Origin: Kiritimatiellia bacterium
GTDB lineage: Bacteria > Verrucomicrobiota > Kiritimatiellia > RFP12 > UBA1067
DNA: 64,000 nt
Direction: 5' to 3'
NCBI GenBank assembly: GCA_045627925.1
Contig: JAZQOS010000021.1
Coordinates: forward strand, 75,469-139,468
Position 1 is the stretch's first letter. Each line of letters begins with the position of its first letter. Below the pieces are notes generated by a model. That model made no database searches and was not told the DNA's origin. It saw nothing but the letters and a program-made list of their open reading frames with translations. Below, in pieces: positions 13,101 through 21,791 of the stretch. Both the position numbers and the translations under genes were made by a program.

Positions 13101-14187
13101 CAAGACCAGTCGAACCATTGCCATCGTCCTCTACCGCCGTCGTATAGGCAAGGATATTGCCGCCCGTGATGATAATATTACCATTCGAGTCGATAACGTC
13201 GTTACCGAGCGAGACACCGTAGAAGTTACCGCCAGAGATGACGACATTGCGCGCCGTATTCTCCGATTCAGGATTGGTAGCCGCGTCATTACCCGCCGAC
13301 TTGACGCAATCGTCACCCGCGAGCAAGTTGAAGGTTCCACCGTTGATCGTCAAGGTCAAATCTTTCTCAGTATGATCGTCCGCAGTCGTGAAGATCTGTG
13401 AACCCGCACCGGGGACGGAAATATCAAACACTCCGCCATTTACGGTAAGCGTCTTACCGGCTTCGAAGACCGTTGCGTCGATTGCGTCTTTATCGCCTTC
13501 GATGTTGCAAACATAGCCATCCTCGAACACGATGGTGCCGCCATTCAGCACTTTCGCGCCCGTCCCTTCAATCGCAACCTCCATCGTGCCACCCGAAAGC
13601 GTGACCGCGTCCGATCCCTTGAACTTGAACGCCGACGCATCCGTGCCGCCCAGCGTCGCCGTGAAGGTTCCGCCCGCGAAGTCTGCTTTCATCTTCTTAT
13701 TAGTCAATTCAATGCCATACGGCTGCGTGCCAGCAAGCGACATCGTGAGCGTGCCCTCGCCCGAAAGCCCGAAGTTGCCTGAAAGCGAAACCGCCGCGGC
13801 CTTCTCAATCGCGCTCGATACATTAATCGCGAAAGTGCCCTTGGTGATATAGAGATCTTGAGCTGTGAAAATCGGTTCGGTTATATCTGCTCCTGTAATC
13901 TCGAACTTACCCTTGCCAATGAAAGTGATGCTTGCGCCAGCCGCCGAGACGAACGCTGCCGTATTAACAGAATCCTTGCCGTCGTTCTTAATTATGTATT
14001 CGCCAGCAGAAAGCTCCAAACCACCCTTGAAGTTCGCATTAGCGAAGTTATTGGTGACGAGCGGGCCTGGCATGAGCGTCTGTTTCTCAGCATAATCACC
14101 AGCCCAATTTATTTCTTCTGCCCAAACAACACTCGCGCCAAGCGTCAGCGCAACTGCGCCCACGAAGAATTTATGTAATGTATTCAT
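10183..14187 (-). CDS. Secreted 1334-aa protein: Cthe_2159-like beta-helix (carbohydrate-binding) domain plus CotH kinase-like domain; C-terminal tail HAPMILVR
   Basis: ATG with AAAGGAAAACA RBS and a signal peptide. Motifs TINGGTFNLLAGDDCVKSAGNDA and ITGGNILAYTTAVEDDGNGSTGLDVN are Cthe_2159-like. PLAYDCHLSFGAFFCHD, NLNGEFYQLAWNSNRFTDELIED and SHPFYGGWRVPAH are CotH-like. 11-nt gap to the downstream gene. Confidence 0.75.
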   Translation of the reverse strand: MNTLHKFFVGAVALTLGASVVWAEEINWAGDYAEKQTLMPGPLVTNNFANANFKGGLELSAGEYIIKNDGKDSVNTAAFVSAAGASITFIGKGKFEITGADITEPIFTAQDLYITKGTFAINVSSAIEKAAAVSLSGNFGLSGEGTLTMSLAGTQPYGIELTNKKMKADFAGGTFTATLGGTDASAFKFKGSDAVTLSGGTMEVAIEGTGAKVLNGGTIVFEDGYVCNIEGDKDAIDATVFEAGKTLTVNGGVFDISVPGAGSQIFTTADDHTEKDLTLTINGGTFNLLAGDDCVKSAGNDAATNPESENTARNVVISGGNFYGVSLGNDVIDSNGNIIITGGNILAYTTAVEDDGNGSTGLDVNEGYAITITGGNVIAIGGPNSSFYSESDAYTTEKLSAATYSERFLGITGSMNDIETHVWAKLPALDAETISLFAYTRGIDKSTLPTISSTAPSSEYATDFHDLYLDIPVEAGKLVITKVCARCQPNVPEAKDLGWIVMENVGNAPLELSEHKILCTNRGKSLKVSEAFILPVGTLEVGETFKVWTSESPVEALPDDATPLYAKKINQKKYPMIQLYKGGTVTQTVLVPVDLADEAVHNVATDRRPTISPLYGVKDAPDPWQAFDQAKIGENYTVTLPILPADMSEAAEDQIAEAHLIYQIGFGLVQTNETAMTKSAEKDKMNGWVYTGTIPGSAFTTAGELVRFAVAITDNDGRTFRAPSFQNKDDGYEWYGTIVEPAEGMTDAKVQTFYLFADNASLGEMDKDVDSQNKSVVPYNARVGIYDALTGLYYDNVRIDLRGNTTARFPKKAHGLRFSKAQPLSCTDPVTGTVFEEIRKTSFVADYMDPAYIRQSLSFWVFREAGAKAPYDYPVKLNLNGEFYQLAWNSNRFTDELIEDVYGLDPLGYGFKNCGTIQPGHRSSITTEKKTPDDGVEVGDVALAKLYEFENSLPDRANYETMIDDGENNATYNEVVVKTFDLPAWLNYMAMTRITSETDDTWANISLYYDINNTGTWMPLAYDCHLSFGAFFCHDAKEGVRADADYFKSHPFYGGWRVPAHNKGTEEGGWGGAHMGMGGGSASNSGLESIYQSPKFRRLYLRRLRTLMDEILEAPGTAREDSKIGAYIKLITDATADLAAADRAKWPFEGTFDGKSFNFQNESMNCWPTVASMTPTMGIDDLWNNYIVPRRVHLFETHSVHNTAKGVGYNNRLSAGIPDKQSDMSVLKKNITVTYDSLLQAVVIKNANEETIDLSGAVLTGPVEMTLPAGTILDQKIEGVEGELYITADRKATIEAMTVTDQVVVGNGAAGKGMPELKVGGMSIMRHAPMILVR

Positions 14188-14209
14188 TGTTTTCCTTTCA
14201 TTTAAATCG

Positions 14210-17200
14210 TTACTGCACGAAGAAGAGGAGCCCTGGTTTGAACACCTTGATCGTCTTCGCGCCGGTATCGAAAAGCACCTTGGTCTTGTACGCCTTGTCG
14301 CCGAGGTAAATCGTGCGCTTCACCTTTCCGTTCGGCGCGGACAATGTTCCGCCACAGAGCTTCCGTCCAGTCTCCCACTCGGTCGCCACAAGCCGCAAAA
14401 TCCCATCATCCGAAGTAACATCAAGCCCGACTGCGCTCGGCAAGCCCGTATCCTTGTTAATCGTCAAATCCTTAGCCACAACCACCCCATTGCCTTCCGA
14501 AGCGACATCTCCCGCCGGACTGTACACGAAATTATCCGCAATAAGTTTCGTATTACTGTTGCCAAAATTAAATGTCGTCCCGAAGAACATCACATTCTTT
14601 GCCGTGGAATCGCCCCCCGCGACATGCAAAGTGTCGGAAATTGCAACCATTTCGTTTCCGACAAGCGTGGCGCTATTAAGATTAACGGTTGCGAGTTCGC
14701 CGTCATACACCAACGTTCCGCCCATCAATTGCCAAGTCGGAATATCCGTAAGCTTGCCATCGCTCGCCTCCAAAATTCCCGCGCCATATTTGGTAACTTG
14801 ATTGCCACTATGATCAGAGCCAAGCGCCGTGTCCAAAATTAAGCGCGAATTGGCACCAACGTAAAAAGACATATTCGGCGTACCTTCGCCATTAACATAC
14901 AATCCTCCCGTTCCAAGCTGCTTAATGATTGCCGGCTTATCTGTCATATCGCTTACATTATCTGGAACATAAAATTGAGCTGTAGCGCCGCTACCAGTTC
15001 CACCATTAACTCGAAAATTCGTTCCATTATCGTTAATCGCCAAAGTCGCCCCCGGCTCCAAATAAATCTGTTGAGCCCAATAACAGGTTCCATTAGTTGG
15101 AATAATCTCCGCTGTCGCACCCTCATCAACTCGAATAATGCCATTGGCATTCGACCCTCCCGAAACCCAACCACACAGGTCTTTTACATTAAAAGTCAAA
15201 TACGCGCCACCAGCAACCCGAATTGTTGGATTATCTGCAGTCGCATTTAATCCAAATTTACCGCCAGAATTATTTGCGTCATGCCAACGAGCTTTTATAG
15301 CATGCTTACCGCCATCAAAAACAATATGTGTGGCAAAAGCAATGTTTAACACGGTGGTATCATAGTCTATCGTAACCCCGTTTTCACCTGCGCCCTTGAA
15401 CACGAAGCGCAACTTGTTTCCGGCACTCTTAATTGCATTCCGCAATTCCTCCGTCGCCGCATAGCCACTCTTGACGTTGAACTCGAGCACTATCGACCCG
15501 GAAAGCTGAACGCCCTTGAACAACGAAATCGCATCGGCGAGCCGTTCCTTGCTACTCGAAACAATCACAACATCGCCTTCGCCCTTAAAATAAATGACAT
15601 CGCATTCCGGAAGCTTGTCCAAGGTCAACGTCGGATTTCCCTCGACATTGATCTGCGCCGAGGTTCCCTCGCCCGGCTCTTCGCGTCCAGCCCAAAGTTG
15701 CGACCAGGTCTTGTCTTCTCGCAATGTAGCTTCGGTTTTGGACGACGAGCGATCAATGATCTGCATCGCCGCAATACCCGAAGTACGGGCCCAATAGTGA
15801 ATCTCGAACGTTCCCGTGCAATTTTCGATCCTAACCGCATTGACGCCATAGGCGGCGGTCGCCTGACAACGTTTACCCCACATGCTTGATAGCGTAATGA
15901 CGTCGCTCGCCTTAACTTCCTCCGACGCGGAAAGACCGGTATCGACGGAAAGCACCCCCGTTTCGTCCGGCTTGTAATAATGCTGGGAATTGTATTTGGA
16001 ATTGCCGCTTGTAACGCGAATCGGATCGAACCCGGTTGGCGTTTGGCCTTCAACGGTAGGCGTACCATAATCGCCGGTCGTCTGCTTGGTTCCGCCTTGA
16101 AAGTAAAGAATTACCTCGTAATTGTCATAGGGAATATTCTCCACTTTGAACGATCCTGGAATGCACGAGCGGTCGCGATTCGAAGCCCAGCAAGTCATAT
16201 ACGCACAGGCCGGGTCCGCCATCGCTGGCGTATCGCCACGATCCCAATACGCCCAATTCAATCCAGCTTGGGAATAAACCGTAATGCTAATCGGATCCCC
16301 CAAAGTAACCGTGGACTCGTCAAGTAAGCTATATGCCGTCGTTGAACTGGCGGTAGCCGTTCCGGAAGAGGGTTGGCCAACGGTTATCCAGCCATCCTCC
16401 GGAATCTGAACCGAATCCGAAGCCAAGGTGGTTTGCGCTTGGGTAATCGCCGTCCCGTCTTGAAAAACATTGATATTGATCACCTGATCGGTACGCTTCG
16501 GTGGTTCGGGAAATTTATAGGACAAAAGTTCATCATCGGTTTCGTTTCCGGCAAATATCGCCACCTTTGAAATTTGCATTCCGTCCATCAACATCGACCC
16601 ATTATGCCAAAACCCGCCAATGTTAATGCGTTTTACGTCCATCGACGCCTTAAGGTCAGAGTCGGCGGTGAAGATTTTCGTTCCATCGACATACATGTAA
16701 ACACCGGAATTCGCCCCAGGCTTAAACCGCACAACCACACGATGTGTTTCCAACAAATCCGGAAATTGCTGCTGTAGCACTGGTTCATTAGCTCTCTTGC
16801 CTCCGTCCCACACACCAAACGGCAAAGATCCATCTAACATTACACCCATCATATCAGAATTTTTATAACCATTGAGTTTTTCAGCCCATCCTGCATCCTC
16901 TGGTCCTTCTTGTCTTCCGAAATCCACTAATACGCCAGTTTCTGATATTCCATTAATCTCTACTATCGCCGAAACATACGTCTCGGTCACTGCCGGAATG
17001 TGGTAAATCGATAATGGTTTACTATCAACCATGACATACGAACCATCGTGCGCAACGTAGCAGCCCTCGGTGTTGAGAGTCCAACCATTTTGAATGACAA
17101 TGTTGGGATCGTCAAAATCTCCGCTCCACACCGCCACCGGATCCGCCGCCGCCAGTGCGATATTGGCGGCAAGCGCCGACACTCCCACAATCGCCACGCT

Positions 17201-17233
17201 GAGCGCAGCGCGAATATAACTGTGCTTTTTCAT
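14210..17233 (-). CDS. Secreted ~1007-aa protein with an N-terminal LamG/concanavalin-like domain followed by beta-helix-like repeats; first gene of the operon
   Basis: ATG at 17233 (the ORF track starts at the TTG at 17236). Signal peptide MKKHSYIRAALSVAIVGVSALAANIALA. LamG-like stretch HRVVVRFKPGANSGVYMYVDGTKIF. 22-nt gap to the next gene. Confidence 0.65.
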   Translation of the reverse strand: MKKHSYIRAALSVAIVGVSALAANIALAAADPVAVWSGDFDDPNIVIQNGWTLNTEGCYVAHDGSYVMVDSKPLSIYHIPAVTETYVSAIVEINGISETGVLVDFGRQEGPEDAGWAEKLNGYKNSDMMGVMLDGSLPFGVWDGGKRANEPVLQQQFPDLLETHRVVVRFKPGANSGVYMYVDGTKIFTADSDLKASMDVKRINIGGFWHNGSMLMDGMQISKVAIFAGNETDDELLSYKFPEPPKRTDQVININVFQDGTAITQAQTTLASDSVQIPEDGWITVGQPSSGTATASSTTAYSLLDESTVTLGDPISITVYSQAGLNWAYWDRGDTPAMADPACAYMTCWASNRDRSCIPGSFKVENIPYDNYEVILYFQGGTKQTTGDYGTPTVEGQTPTGFDPIRVTSGNSKYNSQHYYKPDETGVLSVDTGLSASEEVKASDVITLSSMWGKRCQATAAYGVNAVRIENCTGTFEIHYWARTSGIAAMQIIDRSSSKTEATLREDKTWSQLWAGREEPGEGTSAQINVEGNPTLTLDKLPECDVIYFKGEGDVVIVSSSKERLADAISLFKGVQLSGSIVLEFNVKSGYAATEELRNAIKSAGNKLRFVFKGAGENGVTIDYDTTVLNIAFATHIVFDGGKHAIKARWHDANNSGGKFGLNATADNPTIRVAGGAYLTFNVKDLCGWVSGGSNANGIIRVDEGATAEIIPTNGTCYWAQQIYLEPGATLAINDNGTNFRVNGGTGSGATAQFYVPDNVSDMTDKPAIIKQLGTGGLYVNGEGTPNMSFYVGANSRLILDTALGSDHSGNQVTKYGAGILEASDGKLTDIPTWQLMGGTLVYDGELATVNLNSATLVGNEMVAISDTLHVAGGDSTAKNVMFFGTTFNFGNSNTKLIADNFVYSPAGDVASEGNGVVVAKDLTINKDTGLPSAVGLDVTSDDGILRLVATEWETGRKLCGGTLSAPNGKVKRTIYLGDKAYKTKVLFDTGAKTIKVFKPGLLFFVQ

Positions 17234-17261
17234 CAAAATAACCCTTCCCTAGGTAAACGAA

Positions 17262-17270
17262 ATTATATCA
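17262..17270 (-). promoter_or_regulatory. Extended -10 box (TGATATAAT) for the three-gene giant-protein operon, ~30 nt upstream of the start codon
   Basis: Reverse complement reads GAGTGATATAATTTCG, followed by GGGAAGGG RBS and the ATG. Confidence 0.45.
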
Positions 17271-17321
17271 CTCAATTGTGGAAAAATCAAGCGAGAACGT
17301 CACTGGTGACAAGGGCGAATC

Positions 17322-17467
17322 TCCATACATGGACATGTAAATCTCCAAGTATGGAGATCGCAATGTCCATACATGGACATGGTAGGTGTCCATACATGGA
17401 GATCGGCGTGTCCATACATGGACATGCACCCTCTCCATACATGGAGATTAATGTCTCCATATATGGA
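17322..17467. repeat. Array of seven tandem 22-23-bp repeats with palindromic core TCCAT-NN-ATGGA (copy 1), immediately upstream of the operon promoter
   Basis: Cores at 17322, 17344, 17366, 17389, 17411, 17434 and 17456 (TCCATACATGGA x5, TCCAAGTATGGA, TCCATATATGGA). Period 22/23 bp, about two helical turns. Confidence 0.85.
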
Positions 17468-17578
17468 CATGACCGACTGCTAGGGCGGACGTTTGCAAAC
17501 GCTCGTTGATAGCCCAAAAGCACTATAAGTGCGACAATATGTCACACCTTAGTCGTTCTCACCTTTGAGCGTAACTTA

Positions 17579-17652
17579 TGGTTGCCTCGCAGGGACTCGA
17601 ACCCCAACAAGCAGAATCAGAATCTGCGGTGCTACCATTACACCACGAGGCA
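17579..17652 (-). tRNA. tRNA-Gln (anticodon CTG)
   Basis: Reverse complement folds as a cloverleaf: acceptor TGCCTCG/CGAGGCA, anticodon stem GCAGA/TCTGC with loop TTCTGAT, T-loop GGTTCGAGTCC, CCA encoded. Confidence 0.75.
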
Positions 17653-17673
17653 ATCGCAGCATTCTTTCCGTAC

Positions 17674-17751
17674 TGGCGGGGTCGACGGGGCTCGAACCCG
17701 CAACCCCCGGATCGACAGTCCAGTGCGCTAACCAATTGCGCCACAACCCCG
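17674..17751 (-). tRNA. tRNA-Asp (anticodon GTC)
   Basis: Reverse complement GGGGTTGTGGCGCAATTGGTTAGCGCACTGGACTGTCGATCCGG...GGTTCGAGCCCCGTCGACCCCGCCA; anticodon loop CTGTCGA. Confidence 0.75.
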
Positions 17752-17769
17752 TGTTCCGAAAAGTGACGC

Positions 17770-17780
17770 GTATTATACCA
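17770..17780 (-). promoter_or_regulatory. Extended -10 (TGGTATAATAC) upstream of the tRNA-Asp/tRNA-Gln pair
   Basis: Reverse complement TGGTATAAT sits ~20 nt before the tRNA-Asp 5' end. Confidence 0.45.
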
Positions 17781-17811
17781 CAAATCGCACTCCCCGCGCA
17801 AGTGGGTATTT

Positions 17812-17820
17812 TGGTATAAT
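17812..17820 (+). promoter_or_regulatory. Extended -10 (TGGTATAAT) 7 nt upstream of the SDR start codon; divergent from the tRNA promoter, leaderless-type
   Basis: ttggtataat ttaaagt ATG. Confidence 0.45.
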
Positions 17821-17827
17821 TTAAAGT

Positions 17828-18568
17828 ATGAATACTTTGATTACCGGAGCCAGTTCGGGAATTGGTGAAGCACTCGCCCTCGAATGCGCAAAGCGCGGCG
17901 ATACCTTGTTTATCTGCGGTCGCAATTTAGAGCGTCTCGAGGCGGTCGCCGCCAGCTGCCGCAAGCTCGGCGCAACCGTCCACTCTCGCGTCCTCGACGT
18001 CGCCGACTCCGGCGCCACCGCCGCTTGGATCGCCGAAGCGGACGCGCTCGCGCCGCTCGACCGCGTTTTCGCCAACGCTGGCGTTTCCACCGGCGAAGAA
18101 AACTCCGAAAATACGCGCCGCACCTTTTCTATCAACGTCGGCGGAGTCGTCAATACCGCCTTGCCGACCATCGAATGCTTTAAGGAGCGCAAGCGCGGCC
18201 AGCTTATCCTCACCGCCTCGATTGCGGGCTACGGCCCTTTGAAGTCGTGCCCGAGCTATTCCGCGACTAAAGCTTGCGTAAAAACTTGGGGACTCGCCTT
18301 GCGCGGCGCGCTCGCTCCGCTCGGCATCAAGGTAAGCGTCGTCTGCCCCGGCTTCGTCAGAAGCCGCATAACCGATAAAAACACCTGTCCCATGCCGTTT
18401 TTCATGGAAGCGGACAAGGCGGCGAAAACAATTCTCGCTCGCGCCGAGCGCAATATCGGGCTAATCGCCTTCCCGTGGCCAATGCGTCTCGCCACTTGGA
18501 TACTCTCTATCCTACCCTATCGCTTAAACGAGCTTATCAATCGCCTATTGCCGAAAAAGGTTATCTAA
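17828..18568 (+). CDS. SDR family NAD(P)-dependent oxidoreductase
   Basis: N-terminal TGASSGIG Rossmann motif; YSATK (catalytic Y-x3-K); 246 aa. Confidence 0.8.
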   Translation: MNTLITGASSGIGEALALECAKRGDTLFICGRNLERLEAVAASCRKLGATVHSRVLDVADSGATAAWIAEADALAPLDRVFANAGVSTGEENSENTRRTFSINVGGVVNTALPTIECFKERKRGQLILTASIAGYGPLKSCPSYSATKACVKTWGLALRGALAPLGIKVSVVCPGFVRSRITDKNTCPMPFFMEADKAAKTILARAERNIGLIAFPWPMRLATWILSILPYRLNELINRLLPKKVI

Positions 18569-18620
18569 TACTTAAAATTGCATTCCGACTTTTTGGGGTG
18601 TGCCCCCGAATGAGCAAGCA

Positions 18621-19892
18621 TTACGCTCTCAATGCCGTGATTGGCACAACGTAGACACCATCCTCCTTGCGACGATAGGCGATACCACTCTTGCCGACAA
18701 TGACACCGAGCGATGTTGGAGGATTGTGCTTGAATTTGGATGCAATCCGCACAAGCGACATTGCGGCTTCGTCCACTTGTCCAGGATCAAGCTTAATCTC
18801 AAACGCAGACCACCCGTTGTCTGGCGTCTGGATTACGGCATCAAACTCATCCCCATCATAATCCTGATAATGATAAAGCTCACCCTCCATAGCCTCGGCG
18901 TAGATCTCCAAATCACGCATGACCAGCGACTCAAACAACAATCCAAACGTGCGAAGATCGCGTAACAGATGCTTCGGAGTCGCCTTCAGGAGCGCGGCGG
19001 CAAGCGACGGATCGCAAAACCGCCGCTTTGCCGATTGCTTGATGCGCGTCGGCGAGCGGAGAAAAGTCGAAAATGGCTTCGTATCGCGGAGCAGAAACAG
19101 TCGATTGAACGCGGCAATATAATCTGTAACCGTATTGATACTCAACATCGCATCGTCAAATTCGGCGATGTCATTGCGTATCGTATTCGTACTCGCAGTT
19201 GTCGATTCATTACGGGCGAGTGAGCGTAGACACTTGCGCACCTTCACCGGATCCCTTTCGACCTCGTCCATCTTCACCATATCAATGTCAATAACATTTT
19301 CAATGTAATCCTTTGGTATCAATAAGGCCTGTGCCGAACTTTTTCCGATGCCGCCTGGCCAACCGCCTCGCATAACCAACTCAATAAGCTCCTCAAGTTC
19401 TGGGGACGGAATCGACTCGACGCCGATATCTTTTCCTGCGCACACATCCTTTAACGAAACGACTCCCGCCGAACGTCCATACTCCTGAAGCGACATCGGA
19501 TGCATCGCCAGCCGTGCGATACGACCGGTTCCCGAATGCAACACCCCTTTGCGCTGTGGCGTGGCGGATCCCGTCAGCAAATACCGACCAGATTCAGTTC
19601 GTTCGTCAACCGAAGCACGAACCGCATCCCAAATTGCTGGCACCTCTTGCCACTCGTCGATCAGATGCGGCGTCTCTCCATCCAGCGCACGATTAACATC
19701 CAACCTGGCTAGCTGACGATTCGCAAAATTTCCCGCCGGACTTCCAACAAGAAATTCGCTCTTCGCGTGCATGGTACAAGTCCAAGTCTTTCCGCACCAT
19801 TTAGGTCCTTCGACACAAACGGCACCGAAAGTTGAAAGGTAAAAATCCAGTCTTTTGTCAACGAGCCGATTAAGATATCCTTTTTTAACCAT
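18621..19892 (-). CDS. AAA-family ATP-binding protein with C-terminal DUF4143-like region (paralogue 1)
   Basis: Walker A GPKWCGKTWT; 423 aa; same overall layout as 41359..42702. Confidence 0.7.
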   Translation of the reverse strand: MVKKGYLNRLVDKRLDFYLSTFGAVCVEGPKWCGKTWTCTMHAKSEFLVGSPAGNFANRQLARLDVNRALDGETPHLIDEWQEVPAIWDAVRASVDERTESGRYLLTGSATPQRKGVLHSGTGRIARLAMHPMSLQEYGRSAGVVSLKDVCAGKDIGVESIPSPELEELIELVMRGGWPGGIGKSSAQALLIPKDYIENVIDIDMVKMDEVERDPVKVRKCLRSLARNESTTASTNTIRNDIAEFDDAMLSINTVTDYIAAFNRLFLLRDTKPFSTFLRSPTRIKQSAKRRFCDPSLAAALLKATPKHLLRDLRTFGLLFESLVMRDLEIYAEAMEGELYHYQDYDGDEFDAVIQTPDNGWSAFEIKLDPGQVDEAAMSLVRIASKFKHNPPTSLGVIVGKSGIAYRRKEDGVYVVPITALRA

Positions 19893-20222
19893 AATATCAC
19901 CTCTATTGGTAAATATTATACTAAAACGCAGTTGTCAAAAGCAAGTGACTGATATGGTTTTTGTATTTTTACTGATATGTATTTTCTATTTTCACTGATA
20001 CATTACTTCCCCACGCTCCCCTCACCTTTGCTTTGGTTTTGTGCAAATTTTGCACATAACACTTACTTCTTTGAAATATACTTTGAAAATACATTTCTAA
20101 ATACAATAGCCGTATTCCTCAAGATAATTCGCGCAGCACTCTTACCTTCAAGCGGTTGCCACTCCACTACCTCTCCAACTTTTTATTCTCGCGGGCGCAA
20201 GGGGAGTGAAACCGACCCTAAA

Positions 20223-21347
20223 TCACACCCTACCCGAAAACGAAGCGATTACTTCGCAATCGGAAAAGGGAAGCTTTTCGCCTTTTATCTCTTGCGTCCG
20301 TTCGTGACCCTTGCCGGCGACGATAATGACATCGTCCGCTTGCGCGTTTTTTAGCGCATAATATATTGCCTCTCGCCTATCGGGCAAAACCGTCGCCTTG
20401 CTCTTGTCGGAGACGCCTTCCATTATCGCTTCGATGATCTTAAGCGGATCCTCGCTTCGCGGATTGTCGCTCGTAACAACGAGCCGATCCGCAAGACGTG
20501 CGCACACTTCGCCCATCAGCGGCCGCTTCATCGCGTCGCGATCGCCGCCCGCGCCGAAAACCACCCAAAGCCGACCCTTAGTGAACTCCCGCGCCGCCGT
20601 CAGCACCTTTTCAAGTCCGTCGGGCGTATGCGCGAAATCGACAAAGACACGAGGTCTCCTCCCTTCGCCTTTAATCTTCACCTCTTCGAGCCGTCCCCAC
20701 TTCGGCGTCAATGTCGGAATTATCCGCTCGATGGTTTCGTGCGGGACTCCGGCGGCTTCGGCAAGCGTCGCGGCGACGAGCACGTTCGAGCGATTGTACG
20801 CACCAACAAGTTTTAGAGCATCCAGATTGAAACGCGGCCGCTTTTCCGTAATCGGCAAAGCATTCAGCGCCAGCTTCCCGACCGCCTCCAGCATCTCCTT
20901 GCCGTAGCCGCCGTCGAGACAGACGACGAACGGCGGAAAGTCCTTGCGGCCCATATCCGGCGAGGGCGAAGGCCGCGCCATGCGCTCGGCGAACGAGAGC
21001 TTGACGCGGAAGTATTCTTCCATCGTCTTGTGGTAATCGAGATGGTCCTCGGAAAGATTGGTGAACGCACCGCCCGCGAAAACCGTGTCTCCCGTGCGCT
21101 GCTGGTGGATCGCGTGGGAGGAAACTTCCATTACGCAATCTTCGCAGCCGTTTTTCTCCATCGCCGCGAAAATCTTCTTCAGCTCCGCGAGCGGCGGGGT
21201 CGTATAGCCCGTCGAAAAGCGCTTCTCGCCGTCAAAGACCTCGACCGTCGTAATATAGCCACACTTCCTTACCGCGCCGATGAACTCGGCGGCGATCCAA
21301 ACGGAAGTCGTCTTGCCGTTGGTGCCGGTTATGCCCCAAACGCGCAC
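20223..21347 (-). CDS. Mur ligase family protein (MurE-like central and C-terminal domains; no N-terminal domain in this ORF)
   Basis: GITGTNGKTT P-loop, DCVMEVSSHAI, LSEDHLDYH, C-terminal VAGKGHE. The start abuts the queF stop, leaving no room for an N-terminal domain. Confidence 0.65.
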   Translation of the reverse strand: MRVWGITGTNGKTTSVWIAAEFIGAVRKCGYITTVEVFDGEKRFSTGYTTPPLAELKKIFAAMEKNGCEDCVMEVSSHAIHQQRTGDTVFAGGAFTNLSEDHLDYHKTMEEYFRVKLSFAERMARPSPSPDMGRKDFPPFVVCLDGGYGKEMLEAVGKLALNALPITEKRPRFNLDALKLVGAYNRSNVLVAATLAEAAGVPHETIERIIPTLTPKWGRLEEVKIKGEGRRPRVFVDFAHTPDGLEKVLTAAREFTKGRLWVVFGAGGDRDAMKRPLMGEVCARLADRLVVTSDNPRSEDPLKIIEAIMEGVSDKSKATVLPDRREAIYYALKNAQADDVIIVAGKGHERTQEIKGEKLPFSDCEVIASFSGRV

Positions 21348-21791
21348 TTAATCTCTAACGCCTTTCCACTCCGCGAACCGCTTCGCGGCAAGAGCTTTCA
21401 TTTTCGCATTCGCGCCGCCGTTCACGAACGGATCAATCGAGATTCCTCCGCGCGGAGCGAACTTGCCGTAGACTTCGAGATATTTTGGCTTCAGGAGTTT
21501 CCAAATGTCGTTGTAAATAATGTTCACGACATCCTCGTGGAAATCTCCGTGATTACGAAAGCCGAAGAGGTAGAGCTTCAGCGACTTCGATTCGACGAGC
21601 TTCTTCGCCGGAATATAGCGTATCGTCAGCGTCGCGAAATCGGGCTGGCCCGTCTTCGGGCAAAGCGTCGTGAATTCCGGCGCGGTAAAGGTAACCCAGT
21701 AGTCGCGCGAAGGATGCTTGTTCGCGAACGCATCCAAAACCGATGGATCGTAAGACATGGGAACGCTTACCGTCTTTCCAAGTACTTTCAT
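21348..21791 (-). CDS. queF: NADPH-dependent 7-cyano-7-deazaguanine reductase QueF (type I)
   Basis: [37 protein letters not shown] at 21791 (MKVLGK) overlaps the rsmD stop by 4 nt. Confidence 0.85.
   Translation of the reverse strand: MKVLGKTVSVPMSYDPSVLDAFANKHPSRDYWVTFTAPEFTTLCPKTGQPDFATLTIRYIPAKKLVESKSLKLYLFGFRNHGDFHEDVVNIIYNDIWKLLKPKYLEVYGKFAPRGGISIDPFVNGGANAKMKALAAKRFAEWKGVRD

Noticed and set aside
17322-17467. Interpretation of the TCCATNNATGGA arrays (and of the 47271-47350 and 47725-47806 tandem repeats) as CRISPR arrays
   Set aside because: The whole repeat period is only 22-23 bp, and the 'spacers' of 8-11 bp are themselves semi-conserved. There are no unique spacers, no leader and no cas genes in the window.
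17048-17509. ORFs 17048..17509 (+) and 57601..57873 (-) encoding ...MEIAISIHGHGRCPYMEI... peptides
   Set aside because: They are simply read-through translations of the tandem repeat arrays; the peptide repeats mirror the DNA repeats. They have no start context and overlap the promoter region.
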